Shown here: positions 10,370-20,403 of the stretch, piece after piece
Layout of the letters: the number at the start of each line of letters is the position of its first letter
How positions within the stretch are numbered: the first letter of the stretch is position 1
Origin: an uncultured Verrucomicrobiae bacterium
Lineage (GTDB): Bacteria > Verrucomicrobiota > Verrucomicrobiia > Limisphaerales > Palsa-1400
NCBI GenBank assembly: GCA_963707025.1
Contig: CAVPOM010000004.1
Span: 128,001 to 192,000 of the forward strand
Reading direction: 5' to 3'
Length of the DNA: 64,000 nt
Notes under the pieces: model-generated
Seen by the model: only the letters and a program-made list of their open reading frames with translations
What the model was told of the DNA's origin: nothing
Databases searched by the model: none
Made by a program: the position numbers and the translations under genes

Positions 10370-13300
10370 ATGAGCCCCTTCACAGACAGGGCGGCATTTC
10401 GGCTATCATCGTTCATTATTCTGGCGGTCGCCGCCCTGGGCTTGTCCACGCCCCGCACCGTGGTTGCCGGCTCCGCCCCCGCCATCACCACCCAGCCTCG
10501 GAACCAGACGAACTTGTCGAGCGCAAACGCGATCTTTAAGGTCGTCGCCAGCGGACAAACCCCATTGTTTTATCAATGGTCCTTCAACGGAACGAACCTG
10601 GTGGACAGCGCTCATATCGGCGGCGCAACCACCGCAACTTTGGTTGTCAGCAACGTGACTGATGGTGAGGCGGGAAATTATCTTGTCCACGTGTCCAACA
10701 GCCACGGCAGCGCAGCCAGTTCCAACGCAACGCTCACGGTGGTGATTCCGGCGTCTATCACCAGCCCGCCGGCCAGCCAGTCAGTGTTGGTGGGAAGCAA
10801 TGCGACTTTCACGGCGTCGGCGACCGGCACCGCGCCGTTGAGCTATCTGTGGCACTTCAACGGCGCCCCGCTGGTGGATGGCGGGCGGGTGAGCGGTTCT
10901 GCCACGACAAATTTGAACTTGTCGAATATCCAAACCAACGATGCCGGCTCCCATCAGTTGGTCGTGACCAACAACTACGGAAGCGCGACCAGCGCGGTGG
11001 CGGTCTTGACCGTGCTCGTTCCCCCATTCATCGCCAAGCAACCATCAAACCAGGTTGGCATACTCGCCAGCAGTGCGATATTTACAGTCGCTGCCGGTGG
11101 CACCACTCCGTTGGGCTATCAATGGAATTTCAATGGAAGCCCCCTTGCAGACGGCGGACAAATCAGCGGCGCGGCCACGACAAATCTGACGATTTCAAAC
11201 CTCCAATTCACTAACAGCGGCAGTTACGTTTTGATCATGACCAACCCGGTCGGCTCAGTGACCAGCGCGGTGGCGGTTTTGACGGTGGGTGTGCCGCCTG
11301 CCATCGTCCAGCAGCCGGTCAACCAGGTCGCGCAATGGGGTGCGGCTGCCAGCTTCAGTGTCGTCGCCACCGGAACGGAGCCGCTGAGTTATCAATGGAC
11401 TTTCAACGGCACGAATCTCGCCGGCGCGACCAACTCCGTTTTTCTCCTCAGCAACCTCCAGCCGTCGCAGGCCGGAAATTACGCCGTGACGATTACCAAT
11501 GACTTTGGCTCGTTCGTCAGTTCCAACGCAACCTTGACGGTAAACCTGGCGGCGCCCGGCGTGCCGTTCATTGCTGGTTTCAGCCCGCTCATGGCCTACC
11601 CCGGCGCCACGGTCACCATCACTGGCACCAATTTCAGTTCCGTCGCCGGCAGCAACACCGTCTATTTCGGCGCGGTGCAGGCGGCGGTGCTTTCGGCCAG
11701 CGTGACCAATCTCGTCGTGACCGTTCCCCTCGGCGCGACGTTCAGCCCCATCACCGAAACGGTCGGCGGTCTGACCGCTTATGCCAACGCGCCGTTCCTG
11801 CCCACATTCTTCAGCAGTGGCATCTTTACCAACACCTCCTTGGGGCCGCAGATTGTTCTGCCCGCTGGCAGCGGCCCCAACAAGGTGGTGATTGCGGACC
11901 TAGATGGTGACGGGAAGCCGGATTTGATTGTGGCCAACGACTACGGCAACACCATTTCGTTGTATCGGAACATCAGCACCAATGGTTCTTTGACAACCGC
12001 TTCGTTTGCGCCCCCGGTCACTTTGGTGACGCCGCCGGGGAGCTACAGCCCCTACGGTTTGGTCGTGGCAGACGTGGATGGCGACGGCAAGCCAGACATC
12101 ATCGTGTCCGACTACAACCAGTCCCTGGTGTCAGTTTACCGGAACACGAGCACGCCGAGCAACTTCAGTTCCAACTCGTTCGCCACCCGGGTGGATTTTG
12201 CGACGGGTATCAATCCCCAAGGCGTTGAAGTCAGGGACCTGGATGGGGACGGCAAACCCGATCTCCTGGTGGCCAACTCAGGTGACGGGACGGTTTCCCT
12301 TTTCCGCAACACGGGCGTGGTCGGCAGTCTAACCACCAATTTATTCGCGCCGCGGGTGGACATTGCCACCGGCGCCGGTTGCGACCATGTGGCGGTGGCC
12401 GACTTGGACGGCGACGGCCTGCCGGACATCGTCACGGCCAATAATGGGGCCGGCACCTTGTCCGTGCTCCGCAACCTCGGCACACCCGGCAGCCTCACTG
12501 CCAGTTCCTTTGCTCCTGCGGTAAACATCCCCGTCTTGAGCGAACCGGTCCAGTTGGCCATCGGCGATCTGGATGGCGACGGCAAACCGGACATCATCGT
12601 GACCTTCTATCTGCCAGAGACCACCGTCTCGGTGCTTCGCAATATCAGCACCGTCGGCAGCCTGACCACCAATTCGTTTGCGGCTCGGGTGGATTTTCCG
12701 CTGGGTGGCCGGGGCCACACGCCGGCCCTCGCCGATTTGGACGGCAGCGGCAAACCGGATCTGGCGGTGGTCACCGAATTAAGCAGCCTGCTTTCCATTT
12801 TCCGCAACGTGAGCACGCCCGGCAGTTTTACGAGCAGCTCATTGGCGCCGCGGATTGACTTTGCCACGGGTTACAACGCCTGGGGCGCGGCGATGGGCGA
12901 TCTGGACGGCGATGGCCGGCCAGACATCGTCTTTGCCAACACTTACGACAACACCATCTCGATTTATCAAAACGAAGTGCCCTTCGGCGGCCCGCCCGTC
13001 ATCAGCGCGTCGCCGGCCAATTCGTTGGTTCCGCTGAACGGCACGGTGCAACTCACGGGAACCGTCATTGGCCAGTCGCCGTTGAGTTATCAATGGTATT
13101 TCAGCGGCACCAACCTGACGGACAACGGACGCGTCACCGGCTCGGCCACCGGCACGTTGAGCATTTCCAACGCGCTGTTTTCCGACGCGGGCAGTTATTA
13201 TTTCGTGGTCACCAATTCCCTCGGCGCGGCGACCAGTTCGGTGGCCGTCGTCACAGTTTTGGTTCCGCAAACGATTACCTTGCAGCCAACGAACCAGACG

Positions 13301-15082
13301 GTGCTGCAAGGCTCGAACGTCACCTTTGCCAGCGCAGCGACTGGCGACGCGCCATTGGGTTACCAATGGCTTTTTAACGGAACGCCATTGGCAGACGGCG
13401 GTTCCATTTCCGGTTCCGCCACTGTCAGTTTAATCGTCTCAAATTTCCAGCCTGCAAATTTGGGCAATTACACTGTGGTCGTCACCAACCTCGTCGGTTC
13501 CGTCACCAGTGCCATTGCCACCGTCACCATTCTCAATCCGCTGATTGCCACACAACCGCGAAGCCAATCCGTGTTAGGCGGTGCGACAGTCAACTTCAGT
13601 GTGACTGCCACCGGCCAGCAACCGCTGGCGTGGCAATGGCAGTTCAATGGAACCAATTTGCCGGGTGCCACGAACAACCCCCTGGTGTTGAGCAACGTGC
13701 TCGTCAGCCAGTCGGGACTTTACTCCGTCGTCGTCACCAATTTCTACGGCATGGCCGTCAGTTCCAACGTCACGCTCACTGTGTTGCCGCTGCTCATCAC
13801 CACCCAACCGGCCAATCAAATCGCGTGGCCGAACGGCTTCGCCACGTTCAAAGTCAACGTCTCGGGCCAGCCGCCCTTTGGCTTTGACTGGCAGTGCAAC
13901 GGCGTGGATGTTCCCGGAACATGGACTAATGTGCTGACGCTGACCAACGTGCAACCGCAGCAATTTGGGACTTGCCACGTCATCGTCAGCAACGCTTACG
14001 GCAGTGTTGCCAGCAGCAATGCGACTTTGTCGTTTTCGCAAGTGGCAGTTTGGGGCGGGAACTCGGGAGAAACCAACCTTACGGCCGGTTTGACCAATAT
14101 CATTGCCATCGCTGGCGGCGGCTATGAGCGGATGGACTGTCTGGCGCTAAGGAGCAACGGCATGGCCATTCATTGGCCGGCTACGAATATCACCGCCGTT
14201 ACCACCAACATCCTGGCTATCGCCGGCGGTGGCGGTCAGGGGCCGCCTTTCCTGGTGCTGGAGCGCAACGGCACGGTGGCGGAATGGTTGGTGGATGATA
14301 TTATCGAGCCACTCTCCGGCCTCACCAACAGCGTTGCCATCGCTCCCTGCATTTACGCGCCTTTCGCCTTGAGGACTAACGGCACACTGGTGGGCGGTAA
14401 TTCGCCCGGCACCGCCCAAGGGCTGGGAACGCTAACCAATATTATAAATGCCGTTGCGATTTCCGAAGGCTCCGGTTTCAGCATGGCGTTAAAAGCTGAT
14501 CGCACCGTGACCGCTTGGGGAAGCAACAATTACGGACAAACCAACGTCCCGGCGGGTTTGAGCAACGTCATTGCCATCGCCGCCGGCTATTGTCATGGCC
14601 TCGCGCTCAAGAGCGACGGCACAGTCACGGCTTGGGGCCTCAATAGTTACGGCCAAACCAACGTCCCTCCCGGCTTGAGCAACGTCGTCGCGATTGCGGC
14701 CGGGATATACCACAGCCTGGCGTTGCTGGCCAATGGCACTGTCGTGGCGTGGGGTTACAACTTCTACGGCCAGACCAACGTGCCGTCCGGTCTGACCAAC
14801 GTTATCACCATCGCCGCAGGCGCGTATCACAGCATGGCATTGATCGGCAACGGCCCGCCGGTTTCAAGCGCGCTCCTGGCGGGCCCGAATGTCGGCACAA
14901 ATGGCTTCAGTCTTTCCCTGCCAAGCCAGAGCGGCCGGGTCTATGTTCTGCAATATGAGAACTCGTTGTCTGACACCAGCTGGAATTCCCTGCCGCCCGT
15001 GCCGGGCAACGGCGGTACGCTGCTCCTGACGGACCCATCCCCCGCCAACCAGCAACGCTTCTACCGCGTCCAAAGGTGGTAG
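10370..15082 (+). CDS. Large secreted surface protein: Ig repeats, IPT/TIG, FG-GAP/VCBS repeats, RCC1-like repeats
   Basis: Repeated P.I..QP...YQW.FNG..L Ig units; DLDGDGKPD repeats; AWG.N.YGQTNVP.GL.NV.AIAAG.YH RCC1 repeats; ends QRFYRVQRW. Confidence 0.9.
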   Translation: MSPFTDRAAFRLSSFIILAVAALGLSTPRTVVAGSAPAITTQPRNQTNLSSANAIFKVVASGQTPLFYQWSFNGTNLVDSAHIGGATTATLVVSNVTDGEAGNYLVHVSNSHGSAASSNATLTVVIPASITSPPASQSVLVGSNATFTASATGTAPLSYLWHFNGAPLVDGGRVSGSATTNLNLSNIQTNDAGSHQLVVTNNYGSATSAVAVLTVLVPPFIAKQPSNQVGILASSAIFTVAAGGTTPLGYQWNFNGSPLADGGQISGAATTNLTISNLQFTNSGSYVLIMTNPVGSVTSAVAVLTVGVPPAIVQQPVNQVAQWGAAASFSVVATGTEPLSYQWTFNGTNLAGATNSVFLLSNLQPSQAGNYAVTITNDFGSFVSSNATLTVNLAAPGVPFIAGFSPLMAYPGATVTITGTNFSSVAGSNTVYFGAVQAAVLSASVTNLVVTVPLGATFSPITETVGGLTAYANAPFLPTFFSSGIFTNTSLGPQIVLPAGSGPNKVVIADLDGDGKPDLIVANDYGNTISLYRNISTNGSLTTASFAPPVTLVTPPGSYSPYGLVVADVDGDGKPDIIVSDYNQSLVSVYRNTSTPSNFSSNSFATRVDFATGINPQGVEVRDLDGDGKPDLLVANSGDGTVSLFRNTGVVGSLTTNLFAPRVDIATGAGCDHVAVADLDGDGLPDIVTANNGAGTLSVLRNLGTPGSLTASSFAPAVNIPVLSEPVQLAIGDLDGDGKPDIIVTFYLPETTVSVLRNISTVGSLTTNSFAARVDFPLGGRGHTPALADLDGSGKPDLAVVTELSSLLSIFRNVSTPGSFTSSSLAPRIDFATGYNAWGAAMGDLDGDGRPDIVFANTYDNTISIYQNEVPFGGPPVISASPANSLVPLNGTVQLTGTVIGQSPLSYQWYFSGTNLTDNGRVTGSATGTLSISNALFSDAGSYYFVVTNSLGAATSSVAVVTVLVPQTITLQPTNQTVLQGSNVTFASAATGDAPLGYQWLFNGTPLADGGSISGSATVSLIVSNFQPANLGNYTVVVTNLVGSVTSAIATVTILNPLIATQPRSQSVLGGATVNFSVTATGQQPLAWQWQFNGTNLPGATNNPLVLSNVLVSQSGLYSVVVTNFYGMAVSSNVTLTVLPLLITTQPANQIAWPNGFATFKVNVSGQPPFGFDWQCNGVDVPGTWTNVLTLTNVQPQQFGTCHVIVSNAYGSVASSNATLSFSQVAVWGGNSGETNLTAGLTNIIAIAGGGYERMDCLALRSNGMAIHWPATNITAVTTNILAIAGGGGQGPPFLVLERNGTVAEWLVDDIIEPLSGLTNSVAIAPCIYAPFALRTNGTLVGGNSPGTAQGLGTLTNIINAVAISEGSGFSMALKADRTVTAWGSNNYGQTNVPAGLSNVIAIAAGYCHGLALKSDGTVTAWGLNSYGQTNVPPGLSNVVAIAAGIYHSLALLANGTVVAWGYNFYGQTNVPSGLTNVITIAAGAYHSMALIGNGPPVSSALLAGPNVGTNGFSLSLPSQSGRVYVLQYENSLSDTSWNSLPPVPGNGGTLLLTDPSPANQQRFYRVQRW

Positions 15083-15342
15083 CGCCGGAATCCAGTTTCC
15101 AACGAGAACCAAAGGATGCCTTACTGCACAGCCCGCAGAATCCCGTTCGCGAAACACAGGGTCGCTGTGCCGGTTGTGAACAGCCTTGTAATTTAATCTC
15201 GAAACACCCAGCCTCGGCGGCCACTTCCCGCTCTTGAACTTGCTATCAATGCAGCCATGAATTCTCAACTCGGCCTGGGAAACAACCGTGGACGCTCAGA
15301 CGGGTACTTCACTGCTTCTGGCCAAGTTCCATAAAACAATTG

Positions 15343-16792
15343 CACAGCCATCCCACAGGAAATTGGAAAAAAGTGTTGGCTTGACCATTTGAACCTGCCA
15401 CAAGGCAGGCATGAAAAACAAAAAAATCAAACCGACACGGTCCCGGTTTAACGTTTTGCGCCAGATTTGCAATCTCATTCCTGCGCATGAAGTCTCCAAA
15501 ATAGCGCGGGAGACCGGGCTCTGGATAAGTCGCGCACCTTCAGTCCGTGGAGTCACACGGTCAGTTTGCTGGACGCGCAACTCACCCATTGCATCGGACT
15601 CAACGATCTGTGCGACTCGCTGCAATTGCATTCCGGGCCGCTGTCCACTTTGCGCGGCGCCAGCGCCCCCAGCCGCAACGGCCTCTCCCACGCCAACCGG
15701 GAGCGTCCGGCCCAGATGGCCGAACAACTCTTCTGGCGGGTCCTGGAGCATTTGAAAGCACAGACGCCCGGCTTTGCCGCGGGCCAGCGCCGTGGCCCCG
15801 CCTTCCGTTTCAAGATGCCCATCCATGTGATTGATAGCACGACCATGGAACTGGTGGCCAACTGCCTGGACTGGGCCAAGCACCGCCGGCGCAAGGCCGC
15901 CGCCAAAACCCATATGCGGTTGAATCTGCAGAATCTTTTGCCCGGTTTTGTCATTGTGGACACTGCCGCCGAGCACGACAACCGACGGGCGCGGGAACTG
16001 TGCGCCGACTTGAAGAGCGGCGAAATCGCCTTGTTCGACAAGGGTTATGTGGACTTCGGCCACTTGCGGGATTTGGACGGGCGCGGGGTCTTTTGGGTGA
16101 CGCGGGCCAAGGAGAACATGGGCTATGAGGTGGTGCGGAAAATGCCCGCCTCCAGAGACCCGAAGATTTTGCGCGACGAAGTGATCGTCCTGAGCAACGA
16201 GAACAAACCCGCGCCGGAGTTGATGCGCCGGGTGGTGGCGCTGGTCGAGATTGATGGAGAGGAACGGGAAATGACCTTCCTGACCAACAACCTGGAGTGG
16301 AGTCCGCGCAGCGTGGCCGACCTTTACCGCTGCCGCTGGCAGATCGAAGTCTTCTTCAAACAAATCAAGCAGACCTTGCAGTTGGCGGATTTTCTGGGCC
16401 ACAACGCCAACGCCGTGCGCTGGCAGGTGTGGACGGCGCTGTTGACCTACGTGCTGTTGCGCTACCTCAGTCACCTCTCCAACTGGGCGCACAGCTTCAC
16501 CCGGCTGTTCACGATTTTGCGGGCGGCGCTCTGGGAGAAATATGATCTGCTCAATTTGCTGGCGTGCTATGGGACAGCAGGCGGCAGCTTTCGCCACTTG
16601 GCGCGGCCCGAGCAGGCGTATTTCCCCGGCTTCCAATAAAGCTATGGGACAGCACACGCGCCCAAACAGGCGCATACCAAACCCAAAAGCCAAACTCGGA
16701 AAAATCAAAATCTCATTTTACCCCGAAGACCAATTAAACCCTTGCAAATGAACAGGTCAGCACCAGACTTTTCCCCTTATGAGACGGGTGTG
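15343..16792 (+). mobile_element. IS4-family insertion sequence with 9-bp target-site duplication
   Basis: Imperfect IRs CACAGCCATCCCACAGG / revcomp CACACCCGTCTCATAAG; flanking direct repeat AAACAATTG at 15334-15342 and 16793-16801. Confidence 0.85.
15411..16639 (+). pseudogene. IS4-family DDE transposase (DUF4372 N-terminus), frameshifted near 15520
   Basis: IDSTT, FDKGYVDF, FLTNN, YRCRWQIEVFFKQIKQ (YREK motif); N-terminus MKNKKIKP is in a different frame. Confidence 0.9.
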
Positions 16793-17021
16793 AAACAATT
16801 GCATAAGAACTGGCGGTTGATGCCGGCAACCGTCCAGGAGCCCCTATAAAAGGCCGCCCTCTCCGCCTTGGTGGCGAACGCCTTCGGATCAAACAAACGC
16901 CTGCAAGGCCCGTTTACGCTCAAAACTTGGTGTAATTTCAAACCTTGGCGCCGGGAACAACCAGTCCTCACCGCAGTTCTGTAAAACATTATTCACAGAA
17001 CTTTATACACATGAAAAATCC

Positions 17022-17261
17022 ATGAATACAACAAATCACGTCATGACCTTCGCGGCGGACGGTACAGCCCGCTGCCTCTGGACCGAAGCGGTGCCACTTC
17101 ATCAACTTGGCAGGCTGGATGTTCACCGCGCCAGCCAAGTCGAATTCAATACGTCCAAGCAGGTGTGGGAAGCGCGTCTGACATCCAATCCGGGTGCTGT
17201 CGCCTTCGCGCATCCATCAAGGGAAACCTGCCTGCAATGGGAACGGGAGGCGTTGCGATGA
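17022..17261 (+). CDS. Hypothetical protein of the integrative-element operon
   Basis: FAADGTARCLWTEAVPLHQLGRLDVHRASQVEFN; ATGA-coupled to the next gene. Confidence 0.65.
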   Translation: MNTTNHVMTFAADGTARCLWTEAVPLHQLGRLDVHRASQVEFNTSKQVWEARLTSNPGAVAFAHPSRETCLQWEREALR

Positions 17262-17551
17262 AATCCATCACCGTTCACCGGCTGTCACTCCAATTTGACG
17301 CCGGCCAAATCACGCACGGCACTCCCGAAGAACAGGCGGCCCAAGCCATTGTGCTAATCAACGCGGTCCTGCAACGAGAACCGTTTGGCCTGGCCGCCCA
17401 ACTCATCGCCACCCGGGATGAGATTAAGGTCGAATCGGCTGCCGAGTCGCCATGCGAAGCCTGCGATGGCGTGGGGTGGCGGCAATTCAATGTCGGCAAC
17501 GATGAATCGCCCCAATACGAAATTCAGCGCTGCGACGCCTGTGAGCGATAG
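17258..17551 (+). CDS. Hypothetical protein with CxxC motifs, probably truncated
   Basis: CEACDG...RCDAC; coupled start. Confidence 0.5.
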   Translation: MKSITVHRLSLQFDAGQITHGTPEEQAAQAIVLINAVLQREPFGLAAQLIATRDEIKVESAAESPCEACDGVGWRQFNVGNDESPQYEIQRCDACER

Positions 17552-17633
17552 CACGGCGACCAAGCCGCGAGGGAGGCCGCTGCCAGGGCACCTGAATCCT
17601 CCATAACCACTCAAAGAAAGGAGAACACGAACT

Positions 17634-17870
17634 ATGCAAATGGCGCGAACCACTAGTGAGACCATTCACGGCAATCCCGGAGAGCGACGTATCCTGCCCG
17701 CCAACACCCTGGTCGTAATTGTCCCAGCCATCAATCTCCCGCCGGACAGCCCGATCAAGTATTGGGCCTATCCTGTCGAGGGTCACCCCTGGCCAGCCGA
17801 GACCGAGGCATGGGCGGAGGACGTTGGTGCTGGCCTGGGTGCCGATGATGTGGCCTTGGTCAATAAATGA
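17634..17870 (+). CDS. Hypothetical protein
   Basis: RBS GAAAGGAG; 78-aa ORF in operon orientation. Confidence 0.55.
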   Translation: MQMARTTSETIHGNPGERRILPANTLVVIVPAINLPPDSPIKYWAYPVEGHPWPAETEAWAEDVGAGLGADDVALVNK

Positions 17871-17896
17871 AAGGCAAAAACACTTCAACCACCAAC

Positions 17897-18205
17897 ATGA
17901 GCAAGATCATCAGCAAAGTCTGGACCTTTCCATCCGACAGCAATCCCAACGTCAGTTACGAAACCTTGCGGTATGCGGATGGCACAACCTCCTGCAACTG
18001 CGAGGGCTGGACCCGTCGTGTGGCCGCCGATGGCAGCCGCTCGTGCAAACATACACGTTTCGTGGATATGGGCACGGCGGATCAAAGCTGCACGGCCACA
18101 CACAATTACGAAAGTCACCAACCACAACAAAAGGAGCAAATACATCATGCCAAAAATCACATCTGCCAAATCCCCAAACTCGGACATCGCAAAATCTCCG
18201 TCTGA
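17897..18205 (+). CDS. SWIM-type zinc-finger protein
   Basis: SDS...YETLRYADGTTSCNCEGW...SCKH (CxC...CxH). Confidence 0.65.
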   Translation: MSKIISKVWTFPSDSNPNVSYETLRYADGTTSCNCEGWTRRVAADGSRSCKHTRFVDMGTADQSCTATHNYESHQPQQKEQIHHAKNHICQIPKLGHRKISV

Positions 18206-18206
18206 G

Positions 18207-19706
18207 ATGAAGGGAAGAATCATAAACCACATCCGGGCCGGCTACCCGGGGCTTTATCTGGTTTCCCATGAGGAACAGAGGGTCAACCTCGAAATGAAAT
18301 CCATCGCCCGGGAACTCAAATACAACCTGGTTCTCTGGAGCGCGGTGGACGGCCTGGTGGACACCGCAAAGAACACCGCCACCGCCGCCAACGATCCCCT
18401 GGAAGCAGTATTGGCCATCCGGGATATGAAGGAGAAGACGATCATCCTGTTGCGGGATTTTCATTTGTTCCTCCAGGATCCCAACCCCATCCTGATCCGG
18501 CAATTAAAGGACGTGTTGCAGGAGGCCAAGACCAAATTCAAGACCCTGATTATTCTGGGTTGCCGGTTGTGCTTGCCTCCTGAGCTTGAGCGCGAACTGA
18601 CCGTCATCGAAATTGCCCTGCCCGGAAAAGAGGAACTGCGGGTTGTCCTCACCGGCATCATGGAATCGGCCGGCATCAAATCCATGGAGCAGGAAACCAG
18701 GGAGAAGGCGATTGATGCTGCTTCCGGGTTGACCACCATTGAAGCGGAAAATGCATTTGCCCTGTCCGTGGTGGAATCGAAGGGAATAAACCCGGAGATT
18801 GTGGCCAGGGAGAAAGCCCAGGCGGTGAAGAAGAACGGACTCCTGGAACTGGTCGAAGCCAAGGATTCGCTGGAATCCATTGGCGGGCTGGACGTGTTGA
18901 AGGAGTGGTTATTAAAGAGGAGAAATGCCTTCAGCCAAAAAGCCATTGAATACGGCCTGCCAACACCCAAGGGCGTGCTCATTATCGGAATTCCGGGGAC
19001 CGGCAAATCGTTGACGGCCAAAGCCACCGCTAAAGTCTTCGGCGTTCCCCTGCTGAAATTGGACGCCGGCAGGATCTTCGCCGGTCTGGTCGGTCAAAGC
19101 GAATCCAACCTCCGCTCCGTCATCCAAACCGCAGAGGCCATCGCGCCCTGCTGCCTCTGGATTGAGGAATTGGAGAAGGGTTTTGCCGGGAGCAAAAGTT
19201 CAGGATCAACCGATGGCGGCACCTCGGCCCGGGTGTTCGGCAGTTTCATCAGTTGGATGCAGGAAAAGAAAAGTCCTGTCTTCGTGGTGGCTACAGCCAA
19301 TGACGTGTCCCAATTGCCGCCGGAAATGCCGAGGAAGGGGAGGTTCGATGAATTGATGTTCGTGGATCGGCCCAATCAGAATGAACGGGATGCGATCTGC
19401 GGCATTCAGATCCGGAAATATGCACGCAATCCTTCGGACTTTGACCTGGTGCAATTGGCCAGAGTGACGGAGGGGCTGACGGGCAGTGAGATTGAAAGTG
19501 TGTTTGCAGATTCGTTGTACCTGGCTTTTGACAGTGACCGGGAGCCTGGAGATTTGGACGTGGCACATATTCTCACGGAGTTTGTGCCGCTGTCCAAACT
19601 GATGGCGGAGCAAATCACCGGGTTGAGGAACTGGGCGAAGGGGAGGGCGCGGTTGGCCACGTCAACGCAGGAGGTGGGAGGGGGTCCCAGGAGAATTGCC
19701 GCCTGA
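18207..19706 (+). CDS. Ycf46-family AAA+ ATPase, possibly degenerate
   Basis: IRAGYPGLYLVSHEE, LLRDFHLFL, IGGLDVLKEWL, Walker A GIPGTGKS, VFVVATAND, RKGRFDE; Walker B reads WIEELEK. Confidence 0.9.
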   Translation: MKGRIINHIRAGYPGLYLVSHEEQRVNLEMKSIARELKYNLVLWSAVDGLVDTAKNTATAANDPLEAVLAIRDMKEKTIILLRDFHLFLQDPNPILIRQLKDVLQEAKTKFKTLIILGCRLCLPPELERELTVIEIALPGKEELRVVLTGIMESAGIKSMEQETREKAIDAASGLTTIEAENAFALSVVESKGINPEIVAREKAQAVKKNGLLELVEAKDSLESIGGLDVLKEWLLKRRNAFSQKAIEYGLPTPKGVLIIGIPGTGKSLTAKATAKVFGVPLLKLDAGRIFAGLVGQSESNLRSVIQTAEAIAPCCLWIEELEKGFAGSKSSGSTDGGTSARVFGSFISWMQEKKSPVFVVATANDVSQLPPEMPRKGRFDELMFVDRPNQNERDAICGIQIRKYARNPSDFDLVQLARVTEGLTGSEIESVFADSLYLAFDSDREPGDLDVAHILTEFVPLSKLMAEQITGLRNWAKGRARLATSTQEVGGGPRRIAA

Positions 19707-19718
19707 TGAGGCGGGAAA

Positions 19719-19749
19719 GGAGTCCGCCTTCGGGCGGGCTCTTTTCTTT
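19719..19749 (+). terminator. Rho-independent terminator
   Basis: GAGTCCGCC-TTCG-GGCGGGCTC followed by TTTTCTTT, just after the ATPase stop. Confidence 0.8.
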
Positions 19750-19841
19750 AGGTGCGAGGCGAGGGTTACATTGGCGCGGGTTCTACCAATGCTGCCCATA
19801 ATCTTCTTGATAGTCGCAGGCGGCAGTATTATCCTATCCCC

Positions 19842-20201
19842 ATGAGATACGGGATCTTGCTAACGCTGTTGATGCTTGCCGGCTGCGTCCATATCCATCA
19901 ATCCAGCGGCATGGCCCGCAAGGAGCAGATTCAGGCGCATCTCAAGGACCAACTCCACTGCCAATGGCTCGAACTCCACGAGGACGGCGACCAACGCTTT
20001 GCAGGATTCGGAAAAAATGGCTCCGGAGAATTCACGATTGAGGTGACCCGCCAAGGAGACACGCTGACTTTTCGCGGCGTTTATCGTCCCCCAAGCAACG
20101 GTTCATTTAGCGGCACCGCCTCATGGAGCCGGCAAGTGGATTCGACCTTCGGTTTTCACAGGGCCAGCGATTCATTCCAGAATTCCCTGGGCGGTCCGTA
20201 A
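19842..20201 (+). CDS. Small lipoprotein, hypothetical
   Basis: MRYGILLTLLMLAGC lipobox. Confidence 0.65.
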   Translation: MRYGILLTLLMLAGCVHIHQSSGMARKEQIQAHLKDQLHCQWLELHEDGDQRFAGFGKNGSGEFTIEVTRQGDTLTFRGVYRPPSNGSFSGTASWSRQVDSTFGFHRASDSFQNSLGGP

Positions 20202-20403
20202 GCCATTTCTACACATACGAAACCCTGGCCATGAAACAATGGGGAGCCAGGCGGGCTCTTTTTTAGATGTCCGGTGATTTTCATTCCTGCAACTCGTCCA
20301 GAGCCACCAGTCGCCGGCGCACGCTGGTATTGCCACAACGTCCGTATGCGGCTGGGCTTCCACGTGTAGTTTCCAGCCCTCGGTTACGAAATCATAGCAG
20401 GAT

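Noticed and set aside
10370..15082. Internal repeats of the surface proteins as a diversity-generating retroelement template/target pair
   Set aside because: Ordinary Ig/FG-GAP/RCC1 protein repeats; no reverse transcriptase and no adenine-specific mismatch pattern seen
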